Positions 20,658-29,818 of a DNA stretch of 64,000 nucleotides are shown here, piece after piece (within the stretch, counting starts at the first letter, position 1; the number at the start of each line of letters is the position of its first letter). The notes beneath the pieces were generated by a model. It saw only the letters and a program-made list of their open reading frames with translations, made no database searches and had not been told where the DNA came from. The stretch is from Geobacteraceae bacterium. GTDB taxonomy: Bacteria; Desulfobacterota; Desulfuromonadia; Desulfuromonadales; Geopsychrobacteraceae. The translations under genes and the position numbers were made by a program. The stretch lies in the NCBI GenBank assembly GCA_007125165.1, contig SLDV01000075.1:25927-89926 (forward strand), given 5' to 3'.

Positions 20658-20681
20658 AGGGGCACGGTGCGCCGTGCCCCT
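20658..20681. terminator. GC-rich palindrome AGGGGCACGG-TGCG-CCGTGCCCCT between convergent genes (REP-like)
   Basis: Perfect 10-bp stem. A related palindrome lies at 61612..61639. Confidence 0.5.
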
Positions 20682-22065
20682 ACTGATTTTCGCCAAGCTG
20701 GTACTTTTCCAGCTTATATCTCAAGGTTCCCCGCGGCACATTCAAAATTCGTGCTGTCTTGGCAACATTTCCCCCCGAAATTCTAAAAGCTTTTTCTACC
20801 AGTTCGCGCTCAACCCGATCAATAACCTCTTCAAGAAGAATCCCCTCCGGAGGGATATCACAATCAAAAGGAATCTGGCTTTGTGGCGTCTCGCCCCATA
20901 TTTCTCGCGGCAACTGAGCCGGCTGGATGATTTCTGCATCGTGCATGATACAGATTCGTTCGACAACATTACGCAACTCTCGAACATTACCGGGCCAGTG
21001 GTACCGCATCATCAGATCCAGAGACTCGCGGCTGAAGGAACGCATCCGCTTTTTGAACTCGCGACTGAATCTCTGTAGAAAGTGCTCTAACAGAATGGGG
21101 ATGTCCTCTCGCCGTTCCCGCAATGGTGGAATGTGAATCGGAAAGACATTCAAGCGGTAATAAAGGTCTTCACGAAAGCCCTTGCGCTCAATGGCGTTTT
21201 TAAGATCAGCATTGGTTGCAGCAATGATTCGCACATTGATGTCAATATTGCGATTTCCTCCCAGACGTCTGATTTTACGATCTTCCAGAACGCGCAGCAG
21301 TTTGACCTGCAAACCCAGATCCATCTCGCCGATCTCATCAAGAAAGATAGATCCACCATCTGACTCTTCAAAAAGACCTATTTTACGTAATTTGGCATCG
21401 GTGAAAGCTCCCCGTTCATGTCCAAAAAGCTCTGTTTCCAACAGATTAAAAGGCAAAGAACCGCAGTTTATTTCGACAAAAGGCTGATCGCAACGCGGCG
21501 AGAGATTGTGAATAGCTTGAGCAACCAGTTCTTTGCCGGTGCCACTTTCTCCAGTCAGAAGAACAGTTGCGGTTTCATGTTTTGCCACTTCACGAACCTG
21601 GTGAAAAATTTGCAGCAATTGTGGACTGCTGCCTACCATGTTAATACCTTCAGCGTCACGGGAAAGGCGTTTTACTTTACGCCGCAGGTTTTGCGTTTCC
21701 AGAGCGAGTTTGACAATCAGATGGATAGCGTCGGCCTTGAAGGGTTTTTTAATATAATCATAGGCACCGAACTTCAAGGCCTCCACAGCGCTTTCAACAG
21801 TGCCATATCCGGTAATAATGATAACCAGAAGCTCAGGGTCAATCTCGCGCATGGATCGCAATACATCGAGGCCACTGCTACCGCCAAGATTCAGGTCAAG
21901 AAGCACCAGCCCGATTTCATCATCCGTGACAATTTTAATAGCTTCTGCGGCGCTGCCGGTAGAGCATGTAAGATAACCATCTTCTGACAAAATTCGTTCA
22001 AGATTTTCACGAATAAAAGCTTCGTCATCAACTATCAGGATTTTTTCCACGTGTTTCCTCCACAT
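20680..22065 (-). CDS. Sigma-54-dependent Fis-family response regulator (NtrC-type)
   Basis: Receiver domain (ILIVDDE..LLDLNLGG), AAA+ domain (GESGTGKE, GAFTDA loop, ESDGGSIFLDEIGE), C-terminal Fis HTH (NVAKTARILNVPRGTLRYKLEKY). Confidence 0.9.
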   Translation of the reverse strand: MWRKHVEKILIVDDEAFIRENLERILSEDGYLTCSTGSAAEAIKIVTDDEIGLVLLDLNLGGSSGLDVLRSMREIDPELLVIIITGYGTVESAVEALKFGAYDYIKKPFKADAIHLIVKLALETQNLRRKVKRLSRDAEGINMVGSSPQLLQIFHQVREVAKHETATVLLTGESGTGKELVAQAIHNLSPRCDQPFVEINCGSLPFNLLETELFGHERGAFTDAKLRKIGLFEESDGGSIFLDEIGEMDLGLQVKLLRVLEDRKIRRLGGNRNIDINVRIIAATNADLKNAIERKGFREDLYYRLNVFPIHIPPLRERREDIPILLEHFLQRFSREFKKRMRSFSRESLDLMMRYHWPGNVRELRNVVERICIMHDAEIIQPAQLPREIWGETPQSQIPFDCDIPPEGILLEEVIDRVERELVEKAFRISGGNVAKTARILNVPRGTLRYKLEKYQLGENQ

Positions 22066-22150
22066 GCTGAGTGTGGCGACAGGATATCCTTATTTTTTCA
22101 GACTGTCCAAAATAAAATGGTGATTTTTGGCCCTTTAAAATGATGTGAGA

Positions 22151-24688
22151 TCAGGCTGTTTCATAGATTGTCGATACATTGGCAGTGGCCAGGGGGAGGG
22201 TTATTCTAATAGTGGTTCCCTGTTGCACGACGCTGTCGATCTGGATATCACCACCGTGCTCGGAAATAATGTTGTAACAGATCGACAGACCAAGACCGGT
22301 ACCCTGCCCCTTGGTGGTATAAAATGGTTCAAATACCAGCGGCAACTGGTCAGAGGAAATTCCTTCTCCTGTGTCTGCAATACTAATCAGGATATCACTT
22401 TTTAACTGCTCGGCCCTTATATCTAATGTTCCGCCTTGCGGCATGGAATCAAGAGCATTATTTACCAGGTTGAGAACAACCTGCTTGAGTCGGTCCGTAT
22501 CAAGCATGACATCAGCTAAGTCTGCAGGTATATCTTCAATTATTTCAATTTGTTGCTGTTGACACTGTTTTCGAATCAGAAAAACAGAATCGTGCAAAAC
22601 CGCTGCAACACTGCCGGAACTCAACTTGGGCGTTTTTACGGAAGAAAAGCGCAACATTTCGGTTACCAGTGTCTCCAGTCGCTCTATTTCACCCAGGGCT
22701 TTACGTATCAGCGTCTGGTCCGCCTGTTGACCAAGCAGACGATCGTGCAACTCATCAAGCAGCAAACTGACCCCGGTTAATGGATTACGAACCTCATGGG
22801 CAATGCCGGCAGACATCCGCCCCAAAGACGCAAGGCGATCCATTCGCGCCATCTGCAGTCGCATGCTGACGCGTTCGGTCAAGTCTTCAATAGTCAACAG
22901 CCAGCCTTCCTGCTTGCGGAAGCTTAACGGGAACAGTGCCATCCGGTAGGTCAGCTTTCGTCCTTTACGATCCATCGGAACATAAAGGCGACAGGAACCG
23001 GATTTTCGTGACATACCATTAGAGAACCAATCATCAAGGACTTCAGTTAGTTCCGGCCATCCACTGAACAACTCAGTTTTGGTAGGGGTTTTGGCGTGGC
23101 GCGGCATATCAAGAATACGGCAGGCGGGGCCATTGGCAGAAGTGACACGTCGCTCGGAATTAAAGGTGATCACACCGGTCTCAATATTTTCAAAAACCGT
23201 ATTCTTGAAATTTCGTTCCGAAATGATCTCTTTTCGTGAACGCCGCAGCGCCTGCATGGTGCGTAAGAGACGCTCCCGCCTGCTGCTGAGATCATCCACC
23301 ATATGGTTGAAAGAATCAGCCAAAACCCCGACTTCGTCATTGGATTTGACGTCGACCTTTACCCGCTGTTGCCGGCCGCCGATCATTTTACGCGTTCCCT
23401 CCGTGAGTTGCTGAATCGGTCGAACCATGCTGCTGGAAAGTAGATAGGCAACAAAAGCAACAAAAATCACTGTAGCAGAAATGACAAACCATGATTGCGT
23501 CAGGTAGTTATTGATTTCATTTTGTATCAGCAGTGCTGTGGATGTTGCCGGCAGATGAAACAGATCGATTTCCGCACCGATGGTGATGCCGCCAAAAACA
23601 CCTAACTGCTGGTACACACCACGAGGATAGGAGATAGGCGCATAAGCCATGATTTTGTGTGAACCACCAACGTTGACTGTCGACAGGACACCAGACTCCC
23701 CCTTGCGAACCAGCCTTGCTGCTTCTGGATAGTTAGGATGAATAAAACCTGAGGTTAGGAGGTTAAAGGGTATTCTTCCGGCATCAATAACCTCCTGTGG
23801 AGTATCTACTGTGTACGGCGGAACCAGCTCACCGCTGTTATCGAAACCACGAATATTCCAGAATTTGGGATGGGTCAGCATCCACCCTTCATCATCGAAC
23901 ATGAAGGCATAGTTACCGCTTTCATAAGATGGAAAAACCGTATCCTCGTCATCTATTGGTGAAATATGTTGCGTAAATGTCATCAGGTGACGATGATCAA
24001 GAGATAGAACGGCGACACCCTGCCATTCACCATCAACATATACCGGGGTGGCAAAACGCACTACCCCTGTATACTGATGTCCCTCCACCGCATCAAGGGG
24101 GGTAGCTGCGCCCTGAAGTTGTTCATCACGGGCAACATACCAACCGTGAAGACGGGTCGCCCAGACTTCACCAGAAGCAAGACGAGACGCCTGGTAAAAA
24201 TAATCTTCATAGGGGTAGGTTGTTTGATAAGGGTCGGTGAGATTTCTCAAATAGTTGCATGGTTTCCCAGCAACAATTCTCAACTGCTCACGGCCCTTGG
24301 TGTCAACGAAGGCCAGTTCGCTATACAAAGGAACGGCTTCTCGTATTTCTATCGGGTTTTCGTTCGTTCCGCTGCGGTACCAGATTTCGCGCTGATGATT
24401 ATTATTGAATCTCAGGTAATTGTCCTGAGTTGGGTTCAGCAGGGCCAGATCAAGCAGGTTTCCTTCAACTTGCTGGAGAAAAGCCGACACCTGTTCGGCA
24501 ACCATCTGGGTTCTTTTCTCAAGGGCTTTGGTTGACTGGGTATCCAGCGTTTCGGTCGTGCGCTGGCGCAATAAGTCTTCGACCAGCCGCAAACTGTGAT
24601 GTGAACTGAAGAGGAGGAGAATCAGGGGCACCAGTGACAATAAGAGCAAGGCGCCGAGAACTTTTGTATGGAGATTTACCCGGAGCAT
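22151..24688 (-). CDS. Sensor histidine kinase (large periplasmic Cache-like domain, HAMP, PAS, HisKA, HATPase)
   Basis: 845 aa. Two TM segments flank a ~350-aa extracytoplasmic region. H-box SAGIAHEVRNPLTG, G-boxes DTGEGIS and GTGLGLSI. Confidence 0.9.
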   Translation of the reverse strand: MLRVNLHTKVLGALLLLSLVPLILLLFSSHHSLRLVEDLLRQRTTETLDTQSTKALEKRTQMVAEQVSAFLQQVEGNLLDLALLNPTQDNYLRFNNNHQREIWYRSGTNENPIEIREAVPLYSELAFVDTKGREQLRIVAGKPCNYLRNLTDPYQTTYPYEDYFYQASRLASGEVWATRLHGWYVARDEQLQGAATPLDAVEGHQYTGVVRFATPVYVDGEWQGVAVLSLDHRHLMTFTQHISPIDDEDTVFPSYESGNYAFMFDDEGWMLTHPKFWNIRGFDNSGELVPPYTVDTPQEVIDAGRIPFNLLTSGFIHPNYPEAARLVRKGESGVLSTVNVGGSHKIMAYAPISYPRGVYQQLGVFGGITIGAEIDLFHLPATSTALLIQNEINNYLTQSWFVISATVIFVAFVAYLLSSSMVRPIQQLTEGTRKMIGGRQQRVKVDVKSNDEVGVLADSFNHMVDDLSSRRERLLRTMQALRRSRKEIISERNFKNTVFENIETGVITFNSERRVTSANGPACRILDMPRHAKTPTKTELFSGWPELTEVLDDWFSNGMSRKSGSCRLYVPMDRKGRKLTYRMALFPLSFRKQEGWLLTIEDLTERVSMRLQMARMDRLASLGRMSAGIAHEVRNPLTGVSLLLDELHDRLLGQQADQTLIRKALGEIERLETLVTEMLRFSSVKTPKLSSGSVAAVLHDSVFLIRKQCQQQQIEIIEDIPADLADVMLDTDRLKQVVLNLVNNALDSMPQGGTLDIRAEQLKSDILISIADTGEGISSDQLPLVFEPFYTTKGQGTGLGLSICYNIISEHGGDIQIDSVVQQGTTIRITLPLATANVSTIYETA

Positions 24689-24754
24689 GAGTGGAAGATA
24701 AACCAGAATCTAACATTCAGGCAATCCGCATATGCCAAATCGAAAAATAAAATA

Positions 24755-25723
24755 TTATTTGCTTCGCGTAACAACATAATCCGCCAGTTGAAACAGGGCG
24801 CGGCGCGCTTCAGAATCGGAAAAAACCTGCAAATACCCTTTTGCCCGCTCTATCCGTTCAAGGGCCTTGTCCCGGGTATAGACGATACCACCTTTTTCCT
24901 CAATCAATTTGCAGACATAATCAAGATCAGCAGCGTTGAGTTCTTCTGCCTCAACAATACGTAAAACCTCAGAACGCTCTTCTACCGAAGCCTTGCTATA
25001 GGCATGTATGAGGGGCAGCGTCATTTTACCCTCAAACAAGTCATGCCCTTTTTCTTTACCAAACTCAATCTGATCAGCAACGTAATCAAGAGCATCATCC
25101 ATCAACTGGAATGCGGTCCCTATTTCCAGTCCAAACTCGCGCAGCGCCTGTTCTTTTTCATCATCAACACCAGCAAGAACAGCGCCTACCTGACAAGCCG
25201 CTGCGATTAAAATGGCGGTTTTGTCACGCACAACCTGGAGGTAGCGTTTTTCATCAACGTCCAGGTCACAGGTGTTGATCAATTGCAGAATTTCTCCTTC
25301 AGCCAATTGCGTTGTAGTATCTGCAAGCAGCTTCAGTATCCGTAAGCTGTCAGAACCAACCATCACGGAAAAAGACTTGGCAAACAGAAAGTCGCCTACC
25401 AGAACCGACGCCTGATTTCCCCACACCGAATTTGCTGACCGGTTACCACGACGCAAGCTGGCACTGTCAACGACATCATCATGCAGAAGAGTTGCGGTAT
25501 GAATAAACTCAACAACGCCGGCAAGATCTATGTGTTTATCACCATTGTATCCGCAAAGACGGGAACTCAGGAGCAGCAGCATAGGACGGAGCCTTTTGCC
25601 CCCGCTGGACAATACATACTGACCGACCTGACTGATTAATTTCACATCAGATGCGAGATGCCTGCTGAATTGTTCCTCAACTGCCTGCATCTCGTCTTTT
25701 ATTAAAGCAATGACCGAATCCAT
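24755..25723 (-). CDS. ispB: Polyprenyl diphosphate synthase (octaprenyl-type)
   Basis: DDxxD motifs LLHDDVVD and QLMDDALD. Start set at ATG 25723 (MDSVIALIKDEM). Confidence 0.85.
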   Translation of the reverse strand: MDSVIALIKDEMQAVEEQFSRHLASDVKLISQVGQYVLSSGGKRLRPMLLLLSSRLCGYNGDKHIDLAGVVEFIHTATLLHDDVVDSASLRRGNRSANSVWGNQASVLVGDFLFAKSFSVMVGSDSLRILKLLADTTTQLAEGEILQLINTCDLDVDEKRYLQVVRDKTAILIAAACQVGAVLAGVDDEKEQALREFGLEIGTAFQLMDDALDYVADQIEFGKEKGHDLFEGKMTLPLIHAYSKASVEERSEVLRIVEAEELNAADLDYVCKLIEEKGGIVYTRDKALERIERAKGYLQVFSDSEARRALFQLADYVVTRSK

Positions 25724-25829
25724 AACCTTCTTAACTTTCCGCAACACAACCTGTGCCCACAACAGGTTGCACGGAAGGAAGCAATGTTAAATTTCGGCAT
25801 TCTAAAAAGCCGGCTGCACAATGTCAAAT

Positions 25830-26768
25830 TCAATTATCTTCACGACCTGGCGAAATAGTTTTTTCATAAGTAGATATCGGCATAAAGAGAAAATTATCAT
25901 CATCCCAGCGATAAGAGCCAGCATGCCAGATCTGCTCTACCACGTACCATTCATCGTCAAGCACTGATGTATTTTCTGTCAATTCGGAAAAAATTAGAAT
26001 CTCCATATCATCGATAACATAATCAGCATTGGTATCAGCCCAATGAAAAGGTCTGATTCTGGTTTTCTCCGCCGCATCGACAGGCAAGACAAATTGTTGT
26101 CCATCAGGATTGGCAATCAACTCACCAGCTAGTCTGATTTCTTTTTCAAGAGCGATTTCCCGTGGCACTGCAAGTCGATAATAAAGGTGCAGCGGCAAAA
26201 CCGGATTTCTGAAAATCCATCTGGCGACGCCTGCCTCATCATCGACACTGGACACCTCAGGTTCAGAAGAGATTAATTCCCATCCTTGCGGATATTCTTC
26301 TTTAAGTATTACACCCCGTAGCGCAGATTCAGTGGTGACAATCACCTGCACTAACAGTTCATGCCCCGGCGCAATGTGAATCGGCAGAATTCTTTCAGCC
26401 TGTAACAGAGGGTCAACCGGAGTTTTTTGATGAGGAAACAAAAACCAGAATAACAACAGTACCGCTACCAACAGAATGGCAAATGGCCAGAATTTCGGGA
26501 GAGTTCGGTACTCATTGTTATCCGTTACATATTGGTCCGGCGTATCCTGCTTGAGAATCTCATCAAGGCCCACCTCCAGCGCTTCTGCTAACTTAAGAGC
26601 ATTCTCACGTCTGATGGTAGGATAGCGGTTATTTTCCCAGCGCGACACCGTATCGGTAGTCACACCCACGACCTTGGAAACATAAAGTTGTGTCAGACGT
26701 TTCTGTTCACGAATGCGGCGTAGTGAATCCCCATCAACAGCCACTGATGATGAATCTGATAATGTCAT
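25830..26768 (-). CDS. Membrane-anchored XRE-type HTH protein with extracytoplasmic C-terminal domain
   Basis: 312 aa. N-terminal HTH (LTQLYVSKVVGVTTDTVSRWENNR), one TM helix (FWPFAILLVAVLLLFWFLF), and a ~190-aa C-terminal domain with no motif I recognise. Confidence 0.6.
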   Translation of the reverse strand: MTLSDSSSVAVDGDSLRRIREQKRLTQLYVSKVVGVTTDTVSRWENNRYPTIRRENALKLAEALEVGLDEILKQDTPDQYVTDNNEYRTLPKFWPFAILLVAVLLLFWFLFPHQKTPVDPLLQAERILPIHIAPGHELLVQVIVTTESALRGVILKEEYPQGWELISSEPEVSSVDDEAGVARWIFRNPVLPLHLYYRLAVPREIALEKEIRLAGELIANPDGQQFVLPVDAAEKTRIRPFHWADTNADYVIDDMEILIFSELTENTSVLDDEWYVVEQIWHAGSYRWDDDNFLFMPISTYEKTISPGREDN

Positions 26769-26906
26769 CCTTTAACCGCCTGTTTTTACTTTTTTTCTGT
26801 CAACGGAGTCTAACAGACAGGAGACTGTAGTGTAAACCGCTGAACCAGTTAAGGGTGCGAGAAAATCTGCAACCATTATTTAATGTTCATTATTTTTATT
26901 TTTTAG

Positions 26907-26934
26907 TTGACATTAATAATTTGATGATTATAAT
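26907..26934 (+). promoter_or_regulatory. Consensus sigma-70 promoter TTGACA-16-TATAAT, opposite in orientation to both flanking genes
   Basis: TTGACA 26907-26912, 16-nt spacer, TATAAT 26929-26934. Both hexamers are exact. Confidence 0.45.
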
Positions 26935-26940
26935 AGAAAT

Positions 26941-26997
26941 CAAATCAAAAACATTTTTGCCTCGCGTTTTTCCCTCCTGGCGCGGGGCATTTTTTTA
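26941..26997 (+). ncRNA. Candidate ~57-nt sRNA (promoter to intrinsic terminator)
   Basis: Predicted TSS ~26941. Hairpin GCCUCGCG(26959-66)/CGCGGGGC(26981-88) followed by AUUUUUUUA on the plus strand. The loop contains UCCCUCCU. No ORF. Confidence 0.3.
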
Positions 26998-26998
26998 T

Positions 26999-28654
26999 CT
27001 ATAAACCCTTAAAAACCTTCAACAGGTGCGGAACCAATTGCTTTTTCCGAGACATAACCCCCTTCAAACGGTACAGGTTATCAGCCTCTTGCGGATAACC
27101 AATCACGTAGGGCAATTCACTGGGCCCGGCAGTCAAAAGAAAACTGGTTTCCATGACTATATCAGTAATTAAGATGGCAGCCAGTTCGTAACCCTTCTCC
27201 GCTCGAAGGGCAAAGAGCTCTGCGGTGAGTTCTTCTTGCCTGGAATAAAACGTATGAAAGTTGACAACTTCAACCTGACCCAGACCGAGCACATGATCAC
27301 CGGCAGTATATTCTTTAAAATCGGAAAAAATCAGCTTTCTCGCCGGTGCCCCACTAGCCATCAAGCTGCCTGCAGCAAACAGTTGCGCACCAAACTCGGC
27401 GTGTGATAAACCGGACAACCCTTCGAGCCAGGGAACCAGTTGTCGATCCACTTCAGTGGTGGTGGGTGACTTTAGAATCAGGGTGTCAGACAGGAGGCCG
27501 GCCAAGAGGAGGCCGGCAATAGTTGATTCAGGCGTCAATCCGGCCTGCTGATAAAGGGTTGCTACCAGTGAGCAGGTGCTGCCAAGAGGTTGATTAATAA
27601 ATCGTATAGGCTGATCTGTATGAAAATTTCCGAGACGATGATGATCAATCACTTCGAGAATTTCAACTTTATCCGCTCCGGGTACGGCTTGAGCCAACTC
27701 ATTGTGATCAACCAGTATCAGTTTGACCGGTGAACTCTTGATCAGATGACTTTTAGTTGCCACCCCTTTAACCCTCTTGTCGGCAGCGCAAACAATGGCT
27801 CCCGATTCCTTGCCATGCATCAATTTGATTCGTAAGTCATCAAGCAGATCATCTGCGCGAACAGTAATGAAATCCGCCTGGGCAAGGGTTCCGACAGGGG
27901 TTGCCATACGGGTCAGCCATACCGTATTGGCTGTATCATATTCACTAACCAGTATTGAAACCTGCTTGCTTTTTGCCAGACTCAGCAATTCATCGTCGAT
28001 CAGGCCGCCACCGGTAACGATCAACAAACGGACACCTGCCTCGACAGCGCGCAGCTGAATTCCAGGGCGATCTCCCGTAATCAGGACTGCCCGCGATGGA
28101 TCCATTTCTCTGACCCAGCAATCAAAACTGGATTCCCGTCTGGCACCAACATAGAGGTTCAAATCATCAACACTATCGGGATCGACAAGGTTGACCTCAA
28201 CTGCATTCAAACAACGGCGAATAGAATGCAGGGAGGCTTTAATCCGGCGCATCTTGACGGGGTCAGTCGGCACCAGAAAAAACTCTGTGGCACGCTTTAA
28301 CAATAACAATCCCTGCGCTCTGTTGTTATCATCGACCACCGGCAACATGCGGATGTGATATTGATGATAAAGCTCGATGGCGCGCGACATCGGCTCATCC
28401 TGATGAATGGTAATCGGCTCTCCGGTCACAACATCCTTGACACGTGGATGAACATCAGAAAGAAGTTCGGGCACCTCGACAGCAAGTTTATCAAGCACGA
28501 ACTGGGTTTGCTGATTGATGTTACCTGCTCGAGCTGCTTTGACTCCATCAAGACCCTGTTGGCGACGCAAATCAGCATAGGCCAAAGCGCTACAAATGGA
28601 ATCAGTATCAGGATTTCGGTGACCGACCACATAGGTTCTGATGTTCTTTTGCAT
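26999..28654 (-). CDS. CBS-domain family II inorganic pyrophosphatase-like DHH/DHHA2 protein
   Basis: Start set at ATG 28654 (MQKNIRTYVVGHRNPDTDS). DHH motifs (LVDHNE, IDHHR), inserted CBS pair plus a DRTGG-like segment, C-terminal DHHA2. Confidence 0.8.
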   Translation of the reverse strand: MQKNIRTYVVGHRNPDTDSICSALAYADLRRQQGLDGVKAARAGNINQQTQFVLDKLAVEVPELLSDVHPRVKDVVTGEPITIHQDEPMSRAIELYHQYHIRMLPVVDDNNRAQGLLLLKRATEFFLVPTDPVKMRRIKASLHSIRRCLNAVEVNLVDPDSVDDLNLYVGARRESSFDCWVREMDPSRAVLITGDRPGIQLRAVEAGVRLLIVTGGGLIDDELLSLAKSKQVSILVSEYDTANTVWLTRMATPVGTLAQADFITVRADDLLDDLRIKLMHGKESGAIVCAADKRVKGVATKSHLIKSSPVKLILVDHNELAQAVPGADKVEILEVIDHHRLGNFHTDQPIRFINQPLGSTCSLVATLYQQAGLTPESTIAGLLLAGLLSDTLILKSPTTTEVDRQLVPWLEGLSGLSHAEFGAQLFAAGSLMASGAPARKLIFSDFKEYTAGDHVLGLGQVEVVNFHTFYSRQEELTAELFALRAEKGYELAAILITDIVMETSFLLTAGPSELPYVIGYPQEADNLYRLKGVMSRKKQLVPHLLKVFKGL

Positions 28655-28754
28655 AGGAAAAATCCAATTATAAAAGTCTGGCGGGCTGATTGAAGAAGTC
28701 TTGCTCAATAAATTCGCCGTAAAAGACAGAACGGCTGTCGACATCATTCAATTG

Positions 28755-28796
28755 TTGACCTGTGTCAAAGTTGTCAACTAATATATATTTATATAT
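28755..28796. promoter_or_regulatory. Cluster of palindromes in the divergent PPase/ArsR promoter region (candidate ArsR operator)
   Basis: TTGAC-CTGT-GTCAA (28755-68), AGTTG-T-CAACT (28769-79), ATATATA-TT-TATATAT (28781-96), 25-65 nt upstream of the arsR-like ATG. Confidence 0.25.
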
Positions 28797-28820
28797 CACG
28801 ATAATATTGGAGAAGACACT

Positions 28821-29147
28821 ATGGCGGAAACAACTTCAAAACCACCTTTTGAGACTGATATTGACTATGATCGTGAATCAGAGATACTTAAAGTTCTCGG
28901 CCACCCGATACGCTTGAAAATTGTCGCCGGGCTCATATCCCAGGCCTGCAATGTAAAGAAAATATGGGAATGTCTCAGCCTGCCGCAGGCCACGGTATCG
29001 CAACATCTGGCGTTACTGAAAAATAAAAACATTATCGTTGGCCGCCGAGAAGGTGTTGAGGTTTACTATCAGGTTGTTTCGCCGGAAGCAATCAGGATCA
29101 TCAGCGCCCTGTTTAACAATTTACCAAGCAAGAATAGTCAGTTGTAG
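28821..29147 (+). CDS. ArsR/SmtB-family transcriptional regulator
   Basis: 108 aa. ILKVLGHPIRLKIVAGL..QATVSQHLALLKNKNIIVGRREG winged-helix pattern. Confidence 0.85.
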   Translation: MAETTSKPPFETDIDYDRESEILKVLGHPIRLKIVAGLISQACNVKKIWECLSLPQATVSQHLALLKNKNIIVGRREGVEVYYQVVSPEAIRIISALFNNLPSKNSQL

Positions 29148-29210
29148 GTTGAAGTCAGGGCATTCGGGAATGAAGAGCAAAAAACGGATACGAAGGCTCA
29201 TCATTTGCGC

Positions 29211-29248
29211 AAAAAAACGGTCACCCTTTACAGGTGACCGTTTTTTTA
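29211..29248. terminator. Bidirectional intrinsic terminator
   Basis: A7, then 9-bp stem acggtcacc/ggtgaccgt with a 7-nt loop, then T7. Lies between convergent arsR-like and tautomerase genes. Confidence 0.85.
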
Positions 29249-29263
29249 TTGACGCTTATAATC

Positions 29264-29461
29264 CTATTTTCCGGAACGAATCGCAGCAACAGTTTTGCCA
29301 CGTATGCCCCAGTTCTCCGGTGGAATTTCCTCGATAACTACATGGGTGGCCTCCGGGTTTTTTCCAAGAACCTCTTTAAGAGCAAGGGTGATACGATCCA
29401 TAAGCTCTTCTTTCTTTTCTGCGCTGATCCCCTCAACTGTCCGAACTGTAACTACCGGCAT
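29264..29461 (-). CDS. 4-oxalocrotonate tautomerase family protein
   Basis: 65 aa. MPVVTVRT (catalytic Pro1) and EEIPPENWG are typical of 4-OT. Confidence 0.8.
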   Translation of the reverse strand: MPVVTVRTVEGISAEKKEELMDRITLALKEVLGKNPEATHVVIEEIPPENWGIRGKTVAAIRSGK

Positions 29462-29500
29462 CGGTAACTCCTTTCAGTAAAACACTGTATGTGCCAACAG

Positions 29501-29528
29501 ATTATAACTTTGAGCAGGAAAGAATCAA
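29501..29528 (-). promoter_or_regulatory. Candidate sigma-70 promoter of the tautomerase gene
   Basis: Minus strand TTGATT (29528-23) -16 nt- TATAAT (29506-01). SD AAAGGAG precedes the ATG at 29461. Confidence 0.45.
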
Positions 29529-29597
29529 GCGACAAATTTCTCACACAGACTTGTTACATCACAAACGGAACAAATTCTGAATGGTTTTTTTTTGTTT

Positions 29598-29761
29598 CCT
29601 GATCAGCACCAATCTTCTTCTGGAACCCATCTCCTGGGGGAAAAGGTGGTTGAAAGCCGAATGAGGGGGCTCGAAATGGTCAAACCCTCCCCCTCGCCCT
29701 GGCCCTCTCCGTCAGGGAGAGGGGATAAGATTGTATCTACGGAAGATTAGTACTAATCAGA
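29598..29761 (-). mobile_element. MITE-like element copy B, full length with 8-bp TSD
   Basis: The reverse complement aligns end to end with 52307..52472. Flanked by direct repeats TTTTGTTT at 29590-97 and 29762-69. Confidence 0.8.
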
Positions 29762-29818
29762 TTTTGTTTTGTCTCCAGCAATTGAGGTATAATTGAAACT
29801 CTGTCCTGTATATCGGAG

